A stretch of DNA of 61,926 bases, counting the filler, from Choristocarpus tenellus KU-1152 (Eukaryota; Protista; Phaeophyceae), in assembly GCA_964200185.2 (NCBI GenBank). It is 5 parts of 5 records of this genome, joined end to end, with 100 filler letters (N's around TTAATTAATTAA, not from the genome) between each part and the next. Parts side by side here need not be neighbours in the genome. Positions count along the whole stretch, not along the records: positions 33,402 to 54,886 come from CAXNAD020000338.1; positions 54,987 to 58,504 come from CAXNAD020019491.1; positions 58,605 to 61,926 come from CAXNAD020020807.1; 2 more parts are not named here. One strand, 5' to 3'. The translations under genes and the position numbers were made by a program. The notes below the pieces were generated by a model. The model did not search any database, was not told the DNA's origin, and worked only from the letters and a program-made list of their open reading frames with translations. Of this stretch, positions 53,046 to 61,926 are shown piece after piece (the first letter of the stretch is position 1; each line of letters begins with the position of its first letter).

Positions 53046-54886
53046 CTGTCCGAAGGGATGGTTCAACACAGTCAACATTCACAGGAGGATGCACAGGGTG
53101 GAGTGTCGAGGGTTGAGGAAGAAGGGATACTTGTTAGATTTTTTCAGTTACATCTGGGATACTAAATCACAAGAAGGGCATTAAATACAGCCAAGAACAA
53201 AAGCTTGTAGAGGACTGACTATTCAACACACATTCTCATGAAGAAAAAGGAGGGAAGAGTGACAAGGAAAAGTGAGGGTTAGGGAATCTGCCAGAGGTGA
53301 GAAAAGGGGGACGTAGTAGGAGGCGACTACTGGCGGGGGCGGGGGCGGGGGGGAGAAAATTTGTAAATAGATTGGGTCTGGGTGCCATTGGAGTTGATCA
53401 GCTCAACAAAGACTCAATCCTACAGAAATCAACAAGTCCTTGATACTATTGTTGTGGTGTGAATTGATACAATCCTATTCTGTCGACTATTTTTCATGTA
53501 GGAACAAACTGACAAGTGCGATTTTTGTTCCAGGCAATAGCTCTATGGTGAGTGCGTATGGTATGCCGCATGTTTTGCTTTTGAACATTCTGGCAACACT
53601 TGGTGCTTCCTCACAGCCACCTTGTGCGCTTGTGCCCATTTCGATCCAATCAAGTTAACAGACTTTTTCTTTTCTTTTCCAAGCTGATGAACTAAACACA
53701 CACACACACAGACATACACACAGGACTTTTCTCTTTTTTATTTTTATTTAATCGGTTTCACAACACGCATTGATCTGTAACCCTCAACTAGTAGTAACGC
53801 AGGTGGGGTTCGAGTTTCTAACATTGTCAAGGTTGCCTTTCTTACGACCTACCTCCACAGAGGTAATCTGAAATAATAAAAAAACCTTAAGTGAGAGAGA
53901 GGTGTTATTCACACCAATCATACACCAGGAACCTGTCTCACTTCAGCGTTCCTTCAGAGCTGGCTATTCAAACTGCACCAGCTCGTGCACAACTGATAGC
54001 AATAGCAAAGTGCAGGTGCCCTCATAAATGGCACTTGCTCTGTGTCTCCCTTGGCTGATGCATTTTCTAAGGGATCAAATGTAACTACATGGCAATCAAT
54101 CGCCTGGAAGTTTTAGCCCTCCCCTAACGAACAACACGTGCCTACACAACTTGTGCCACTACACCACCAATAGCTAGCAACACCCTGATTTACACAAAAA
54201 GCACCCAGGCCGTTCTTGAGAAGGCAGGCATGAAATAACAATGCAGAGTGTCAACAAAGGACTTCTATCCATTGTCAAGACCTTCATTTTGACCCTACTA
54301 TAGTGCCTGCAGCATGGCAGGAGGTTAATACAGAGCTTGTCAATCCCCTCTTGCTTGCTGTCATCAATCATTCGAAAGAGTGAGATGTGGAGTGCGCAAT
54401 CCCAACAACTCCATCAACTTCAAGTGAGGAAAAACCATGCTCACAGAATACCGCATCCTAACATGCAGTACTTACATGAGCCTTATCAAGCCTTGCAATC
54501 TAAGTACTGGAAAAGGGTGTTTGGTACAATGACATCAAAAAATATTTTTTCTGAGTGGCGGGAGAACCAAGAGAGTTCGGAACCTTTTAACCTTTTAACC
54601 CTTTTAACCTTTTTATTTTTTTATTTTTTAACTTTTGTGAATTTTCTGGAACTTTTCAACTTTTGTGACTCTTCCACGGACAGAACAATATCTCACGTTC
54701 CACACTTCAATGACCTGCTACTTCACCTACATCTTCCCCCTCAAACCTCTCATTGATCCCTGAAAAGTAGTGTAAAGCAGAACTTACAGCAGGTTAACAC
54801 TAATAGTAAGGGGGGGAGGGGGGGGTAGAGAGCACGGTCCAAAAAGGAGAATCACATTAAAACAATGATCCAAACTGCATATCATT

Positions 54887-54986
54887 NNNNNNNNNNNNNN
54901 NNNNNNNNNNNNNNNNNNNNNNNNNNNNNNTTAATTAATTAANNNNNNNNNNNNNNNNNNNNNNNNNNNNNNNNNNNNNNNNNNNN
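54887..54986. other. Artificial contig spacer
   Basis: N-run with central TTAATTAATTAA. Confidence 0.95.
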
Positions 54987-55239
54987 GGTGTGATACTCAG
55001 CGGCCTGGCCTACCTAGTGCCGAAAGAAAAAACTGTTCACTTCGTCTGTGATTTTGCACACACACATACTACATGGTCACCCGAAAATCAAGCATTTGGT
55101 TGACAGGTTTGCTAAACGCGGGATAACTATCGGAACTTAGGTTGAATAGGAGGACACAGAGAGATCTTCACAACAGCTGTAACCCAACAAGAGGAGGAGT
55201 AGAGCGCCACAATCCCACCAACGTTGACAACTCCCTTAC

Positions 55240-56100
55240 CTTTTGTACATTTTGCGGATCTCTGCTAGTGACACTTATTTCTTCTTCGTCTGGCGCTTGA
55301 TAGCTTCTTCGAGTTTGTGCTGAAAATATACCTTATCGTACAGCGTGCGCTCAACCACACTCTTGGTCGCGTCGTTGAATGTTATAAGCATCATGGTGCA
55401 GTGGGCGAACGGGGCAAGGGGTAGGTGGGAAGCGGTCGCAGGACACACACGGCAGGCAGTAGTGAGCAACATGTTGCTGCTGACAGATCGACAACGGGCT
55501 GACTGATGATGAACCAAACAAAGGAAACACGGCAACAACTTGGTAGATCAGAAGAGTCATCAGACGATCATGGAACAACGACAACACTCATCTTACTTAG
55601 TTGCTTAGTTGATTAGAAGAGTCAGGCGATCATGGAAAAAAGACAACACTCCATCACCCACCGTTGGCAATTAGCCTCTCCTCTGCTTGGTTGAACTCCA
55701 TGTAGACCTGCATCATGAAAGTGCGTTCAGGATCATACTCTCTCTTCAACACCGTTATTCTATGGTTTCCGTCCAGTGTTCGTCCTTGAACGGCAAGCGC
55801 AGTGTTGGTGGTGAGCTGATCCCCGTTGCCTAAGCAGTCTCGTTGGATGACTATGGACGGAGCAAACTGCTTGAGCCAGTCTTTTTCACGGATAGACTTG
55901 CTGACGCGTGCAAGGCCACGCTCGCTCAGGGGATGCACCATATCCATGTATGTGATGTTGTCGAGTTTCATCTTGTACATGCCGAGGTAGTGATGTTCGA
56001 GGAGTGAGGACATGCCCTTGGCAATGCTGTCCAACGCTCTCGATCCGTGGGCAGCGCCATTGGCGCGCAGGGGGGTCGTTGTTGAGCGAATGTTGGACAT
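55240..56100 (-). pseudogene. Spliced ParB/Srx-like N-terminal domain gene, apparently inactivated
   Basis: Exon 56100-55662 encodes HYLGMYKMKLDNI...PLSERGLARVSKSIREKDWL...PSIVI...TLDGNHRITVLK...QVY. A phase-matched exon 55381-55240 continues (A)FNDATKSVVERTLYDKV, but its acceptor reads AA instead of AG and it has an in-frame TAA at 55277-55275. A further degraded exon starts near 55176. Confidence 0.6.
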
Positions 56101-56271
56101 GGCGAAGATTGGGAAGGTGTGACGGGGATAGGTAAGAAAGAGCTGCTGGTGGTATGTGCAGAAGGGAAGGAATGGAAAAGAGGAGTGAGGGCTGGGAGGT
56201 GCTGCTTTATTTCATCTGGTCAGTCGGTCCCAAAGAACCCAGATTTCTCTTTCCGTTGATAATTGTGTTCT

Positions 56272-56810
56272 AATAAATATGAATATCGAACGATATACGA
56301 TTTCATATTAAGAACAGATAGAGAGTATCAGTTTTTTGTGACCTTTTTGTTTCGGAACATTTCAAAGGTATTAGATCAACGAAGTATGTGGTTTGTATTG
56401 GTATTTGTTGATATTAAGAATAGAATATTATTTTTATTTCATAAAAACCATAATTCCCGTTTTTTGCGGTTCATGGATTTCGGGTGGTCTGACGGATCGC
56501 CCGAAACTCAAAGTTCGCTTTTTGTCGACATTTGTATTATAAAAATACAAATGTCGAACAATATAGGTTTTTGTATTTAAAAAAATTAGAGGGTACCAGT
56601 TTTTTGTGACCTTTTAGTTTCGGAACATTGGAAACGTGTAAGACCAATAAAGTATGTGCTTTGTATTTTTTTAAATTGTAATTACGGATATAATCGAATT
56701 TATAATTTCTAAAAACCATAATTCCCGTATTTCGCAGTTCATGGGTTTCGGGTGGTCGTCCGACGGATCGCCTGAAACTCAAAGTTCGCTTTTTGTCGAC
56801 ATTTGTATTT
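56272..56810. repeat. Two tandem ~268-bp units bounded by inverted repeats
   Basis: Units ~56272-56539 and ~56540-56810 align throughout. Unit B has perfect 15-bp inverted ends AAATACAAATGTCGA and TCGACATTTGTATTT. The junction forms a perfect 14-bp palindrome (56525-56557). Confidence 0.85.
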
Positions 56811-56896
56811 AAAATTCAATTCTATCGTGCCCAAGACCAACTGTTGCCTGAGACCAGATTAGAATCTAGTTTTTATTTCATCACAGCGAGAAAAAC

Positions 56897-57514
56897 GTGT
56901 TTTCCAGAACACGGATTTTATTTGGTCCGACGGGTCTCTTCAAACTCAAACATCGTACGCCCGGCTTCGAATTCAATTCACTCCTAGACATTCTCACTGC
57001 CCAAGACCGCCTGTTGCCCGAAAACACCGTGACAGTTGCTCCCACAGCAAGGGGGTGGCTTTTGTCCCCTGCGCCGACCCCTGCGTTGCCCCCTCATCAG
57101 CCCGCCAACAATGATGCGCTAGAGCTTTCTACCAATGACGCTTCTGTGACTGGCGCCAAGCTTCGCCGAGGATGGGCTCAACCCATCCCGGTCAACGAAC
57201 AGGGTGACTGCTGCAAGCGCTTAGCCTGTGTGAAGAAGTTCGTGGCAAATAGCGAGTCCTTCCTTGCCCGCACGTTGGCCAAAGAGCAGGACATCGTCTG
57301 GGCGTGTGAGAACCGCCGCGATCGCAAGCACTTCGTTGGTGACCGTGTACCTGTCATTAAGTTGGGGCCTGGAGACGGATCTATGCTCGCGGCCGGCATT
57401 CCCGTTTGTATGCAGTTTTTCAAGGCATTGTTCAGAATATCCAATCATGTCATCGACGCTTGCAAAGGTACACCTAACGCAAGAGCATCCTCCGGCGTGG
57501 AGAGGTGGATTTGA
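56897..57514 (+). CDS. Cys-rich ORF/exon resembling the N-terminal region of a eukaryotic (Sola-like) DNA transposase; cut off downstream by a Copia insertion
   Basis: GC/CpG-rich 205-aa frame with CC-x4-C (CCKRLAC) and VCMQFFKALFRIS, a pattern I associate with Sola/DUF7869-type transposase N-termini. No catalytic DD(E/D) core is visible, and the true start is uncertain. Confidence 0.4.
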   Translation: MFSRTRILFGPTGLFKLKHRTPGFEFNSLLDILTAQDRLLPENTVTVAPTARGWLLSPAPTPALPPHQPANNDALELSTNDASVTGAKLRRGWAQPIPVNEQGDCCKRLACVKKFVANSESFLARTLAKEQDIVWACENRRDRKHFVGDRVPVIKLGPGDGSMLAAGIPVCMQFFKALFRISNHVIDACKGTPNARASSGVERWI

Positions 57515-57719
57515 TGTATGCACACAGTGTTATTTGTACCCGGTATATATTTTTTCCTCCTTGATGATTGAACAGTAGTCCTATCTCAGAACAATGTAAT
57601 CCGACCATACTCGCCACATTCACTTTGCAGTTACCACGCCTAGATGTCTAATGTACAAAGTTAGAGATCCCTCCAGCGTGGAGTTATGTGTTACATATAT
57701 GTGTAAGTACATGTGTGAT

Positions 57720-58504
57720 TGTTAAGCTGTCCTTGACGATCTGTTGTCCCACACAACTAGTTATATTATTGTTTATTAGCTTGTACCATAGTTGAGAAGA
57801 GAATGAGATACCTGCTCTAGGTAGGGCTCACCTATCCTAACATTGAATGTCTCAGAATACCAAATGACTCAACGGTTCTCAACTACCCGTCAGAAACACC
57901 CCGACTCTAATAGTCCGTCGATTACTTCCGATCAAATACCCCATCTAAATATCCCGAATATCCCTCATTATCTTCTGTGCGTACATAAAATAATACTTGA
58001 AATCATATTCTCACAAATTTTTAAGCATAATCTTGACACACTCCCCTGCTCTGACTATGCAATGAGAATCAAATCAGTCCAACAATAAACCCCAACTTGA
58101 AATCAACTGATCCTATAAACTTCAAATCTTAATCCCACACTTGGATAAGCAATCTCATGACACACTCCCCTGCCCTGTCCATTCATCATGAATCCTATAA
58201 TCTCAATCTGCACACTTACTCACAGTGCATCGTGGTTCTAGTGTGAAACTCAAACACATTACCACTCAGAGCCTTTGTGAACAAATCTCCATGTTGTTCA
58301 CCGGAGTTTACATAGACATAATCTGTGCCTTCCCCTCTTTCACGAGGTTTCATAATGATATCTGATATCTGTATGTTTTGTCCTACCCCCTGAAGCTGTC
58401 TTCTCAGTCAACTTGATTGCCCCACTATTATCTTCAAACACAGATACAGGGTAATCCTTACAAAGTGGTTGCATGAACATGTGTACTTGCTTTAGGAACA
58501 TAAC
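57720..58504 (-). mobile_element. Ty1/Copia LTR retrotransposon, 3' end (RNase H, PPT, 3' LTR 57720-58038), decayed
   Basis: Minus strand reads VFEDNSGAIKLTEKTASGGRTKHTDIRYH and, after a frameshift, GEQHGDLFTKAL. The PPT GAGCAGGGGAGTG directly precedes TGTCAAG of a 319-bp TG...CA LTR. Confidence 0.9.
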
Positions 58505-58604
58505 NNNNNNNNNNNNNNNNNNNNNNNNNNNNNNNNNNNNNNNNNNNNTTAATTAATTAANNNNNNNNNNNNNNNNNNNNNNNNNNNNNNNNNNNNNNNN
58601 NNNN
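58505..58604. other. Artificial contig spacer
   Basis: N-run with central TTAATTAATTAA. Confidence 0.95.
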
Positions 58605-59991
58605 GACCTAAAAGTGACTATATATTGTCTAATTTGGCCCACAAGCCCTTCGATGTTATAAAATACAGCAAGTCCAAGCGTATGGGGGGGGGGGGCACAC
58701 AATCCTGAAGAATATGAAGGAGCAATAATACTTTATTGGCACCATTCAACAAATGGTACGCCATGTGTTGAATCTTGCCCTTTAGCCTGCGACTCGCTCT
58801 CTATGCTCAGTATCACGCAATAGCACGGTTGGAAGGAACAAAACAAACATATCAGGGGGTAGCAATAGATATGACAGTATGACATACACCAATTGTGTAC
58901 AGATAGACAGACATAGAGCTGATGGTACAAGCTTAATCTATCATGTCTTCACCAGCTTCTTTCACAGTCATACCATGACCACTGACTCCACCATTTCTGT
59001 ATCTACTTCCCTGATATATACACACACATTTTCAACTTCTTATTTGAGGGCAGTTGGGGGGGGTTATTCAATCTCACCTTGGCGGCACGAACCTCTCCTT
59101 TGTGGACAACTTGGTACACCTGTAGAATTGTCACCAAACAACAGAAAACAAGATGGGTGTGGATGTTATTCATGCCAGAAACAAAAGCAACAAGCTCCTT
59201 GTCAGCGTAATACTCAAAGTGTTACCCCAGAACATTCATCCATATTTGAACTAAATTGGACATTTTGCATTTAATATTTGGGCAGTTTCACTCTGTCACA
59301 CCCCTTGCCTTCCGTAAGGCTTGCAAGCAATGTCTGTAGTCACGGCAACGTTCGGACCCCTTTCCTCTATAACCAATGCAATTTAGTTCCATTTACTCAG
59401 TTACTATTTGCAAAGAGACAAACCTCCCTACTGTACCTCCTTCATGCAGTAGTAGTTTGATCTATTTAACTAGTCAAGGCAAGAGATGGAAGAAATTTGG
59501 AAATAGATATTTTTTTACAGTTCCTACATTACTACAATATCGTATTCACTTATAACACCATTATCCATCAAAACACTCTGTATGGTCTGTTCAGACAGTG
59601 CTTTGTTGTGTAGTAGTGTGGCGATACCGTGTTGAGTTGTGCTATCGAGAGTTACGTTTCCCAAAGTGTCAATTGATAACAATCAACAAGTATTTTTTTG
59701 TTACAATAGTTTGGTGGGTAGACGCCATAAAAATGGTCACATTCTTGAACCAACAGAGCGTGAGCTATTAGTAGCTCCCTAAACTAAAAAATGTGTGGAC
59801 ATTTCTAACAATCAGACACCCCCCCCTCCCCTGCTAACAGTAGTCCAACCACACAGCCAAACATTGTCAAGAGGATTGCTGGCCTGGAAAGTGATTTGGT
59901 TTTATGGTGTCTGGCAGGGCCCCGGTCAGCAATGCTTTCATTCGTTTAGAATTCTCTGTTAGCCTCCTTGAAAATCGAAGTCATGCATAAA

Positions 59992-60252
59992 AAGCCAAAG
60001 TATCTTAGAGGGTAGAACCACGTCCATTTGGGGGTCAAAATCCAATGTAGCGATTTTGATGCAATTTTGGCCATCGTGTTTGTTAGGAAGTGTCAATATC
60101 CATGTTCTGAAAACACGTTTTCATAACATACACACTTTCCCTACTCCGACACATTTCGGAGTAGGAAAATGTCATAAAAGAACCCATGGGAAGCCAAGCC
60201 CCAAATGGACAAAGAGAGAGCAAAACTCGTACCCTCTAGAATACGTTTACCC
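59992..60252 (+). mobile_element. Sola2-like MITE copy 3
   Basis: AAGCCAAAGTATCTTAGAGGGTAG...CAAAACTCGTACCCTCTAGAATACGTTTACCC is colinear with 41652-41909. It has an internal 10-bp hairpin CCTACTCCGA...TCGGAGTAGG. Confidence 0.8.
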
Positions 60253-61021
60253 AGACCTCATAGTTACACATATAAGTCTTGCTTGACCACCTGCATTTGC
60301 TCCTGCAACGAAGGTACTTAACCCCCCAGGCAAAGCCACCCCCTGATCCTGTCCTCCTCATGCTGCTGGAGCAAAGTGCCAGCTACTCGCTGCAGCTTCT
60401 CCTCCTTCCCCAATGAGCACATTCCTCCCTTGCCTCATTCCTCCTTGTGCCTGGAGGACAGTTGCTGCTAGCTGGTGGAGCTTCTCTTTCCTCAAGACAC
60501 AGCCACCTCCCTGCGCTTCTTGTCCCAGTGCTGCTGGAGGATTGTATGTGTCTGATAACTGCAGGATCTCCTGTCTCACCCCCAGCATATACCCCCTGGA
60601 TTTATCTACGCACACACAACTATGTTGTGTTTCTTTCCCACTGGCACTGCTGGAGCACAGTGACTACTAAATGGGGAAGCTTTCCCTTTTCTTCCCCATC
60701 CTGACTCAGTCCCTCCACTGTTACTCACACACTGGGCAGTGTGTGTGAGCATCCTGCAGTACCACATCTTGATCATGGGATGTTGGTAGTAACCCATTGT
60801 GGTTGCTGAAAGTGAGAAACAGAAATACTCAACAGGATTATCGCAACACCTTCGTCCGAGTAAGTGAAATTCTATACACGAATGATGTTCTGTCCAAAAG
60901 CGTGCAGATACTGTAACTCCCACACATTCTATGCATCGGGAGGTAGGATGAAGGAGATTTCTTACTCCCACGCACACACGTAGACCTTGCCTGAAACCCT
61001 CACATCTTTCATTTTGAGGGG

Positions 61022-61926
61022 TATTAAGCTGTCCTTGACGATCTGTTGTCCCACACAACTAGTTATATTTTTGTTTATTAACTTGTACCACAGTTGAGAA
61101 GAGAGTGAGATACCTACTAGGTGGGGCTCACCAGTCCTCACATTGAATGACTCAGAATATCAAATTACTCAACGTTTCTCTAGTACACGTCAGAAACACT
61201 CCGACTCTAATAGTCCGCCGATTACTTCTGATCAAATACCCTAACCCTAAACATCCCGAGTGTCCCGCATTATCTTCTGTGCGTATATAAAATAATACTT
61301 CAAATCATATTCTCACAAATGGTCAAGCATAATCTTGACACACTCCCCTGCTCTGACTATGTAGTGAGAATCAAATCAGTCCAACAATAGAACCCAACTT
61401 GAAATCAACTTATCCTGTAAACTTCAAATCTTAATTCCACACATGGACAAACAAACTCATGACACACTCCCCTACTCTGTCCATTCATCATGAATCCAAT
61501 TAACTCAATCTGCACACTACCCCTTACTCACAGTGCATGATGGTTCTGGTGTGAAACACATACACAGTACCACTCAAAAACTTCGTGAACAAATCTCCAT
61601 GTTATTCACCAGAGTTTACATACATGATCTTTACCTTCCCCTCTTTTACTAGGTTTCTGACATAATGATATCTGATATCTCTATGTTTTGTCCTACCCCC
61701 TGAAGCTGTCTTTTCAGCCAACTTGATTGCCCCACTATTGTCTTCAAACAATCGTACACAAACTCGTGTACAGTTGGCTCCAAAACAAATTGTACTTGTT
61801 GCAAGAACATAACCCCTTTTGCCAAATCACACAATCCAACATACTCAGCCTCAGCAGTAGACAGTGTAACTGTTTTCTGCTTTCTCGACTACCAATCGAC
61901 ACATCCTCCCCCAAACATCACAACAC
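61022..61926 (-). mobile_element. Ty1/Copia LTR retrotransposon, 3' end (RNase H, PPT, 3' LTR 61022-61340), decayed
   Basis: Minus strand reads VLMFGGGCVDW*SRKQKTVTLSTAEAEYVGLCDLAKGVMFL...EDNSGAIKLAEKTASGGRTKHRDIRYH, Copia RNase H motifs with a stop and a frameshift. Same PPT and LTR as the 57720 copy. Confidence 0.92.

Noticed and set aside
53800-53820. GGTTCGA T-loop-like motifs (also near 3026 and 44938) as tRNA genes
   Set aside because: No cloverleaf stems or A-box can be built around them.

Overview
Eukaryotic, intron-rich, CpG-poor nuclear DNA. It is most likely from a photosynthetic stramenopile, possibly the brown-algal lineage (inference from a bipartite plastid-targeting presequence, TTAGGG repeats and kb-scale GT-AG introns). 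The window is five contigs joined by artificial 100-nt N/TTAATTAATTAA spacers: 1-29899, 30000-33301, 33402-54886, 54987-58504 and 58605-61926. I reconstructed five spliced host genes by hand: the 3' part of a SOUL haem-binding protein; a complete 10-exon, 683-aa plastid-targeted RelA/SpoT homologue with a degenerate hydrolase domain; the 5' part of a CSC1/OSCA (TMEM63) channel; a complete MBF1; and the 3' part of an SGNH/PAF-acetylhydrolase-like esterase. Mobile DNA comprises one Ty1/Copia family (a solo LTR and two 3' ends) and a three-copy Sola2-like MITE family (GAG...CTC ends, 4-bp TSD). A CpG-rich module on contig 4 has a spliced ParB/Srx-fold (DGNHR) gene and a Cys-rich transposase-like ORF diverging from two tandem ~268-bp units bounded by inverted repeats. 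Introns are full of minisatellites and short interstitial TTAGGG runs, and paired duplicates differ by telomeric units.
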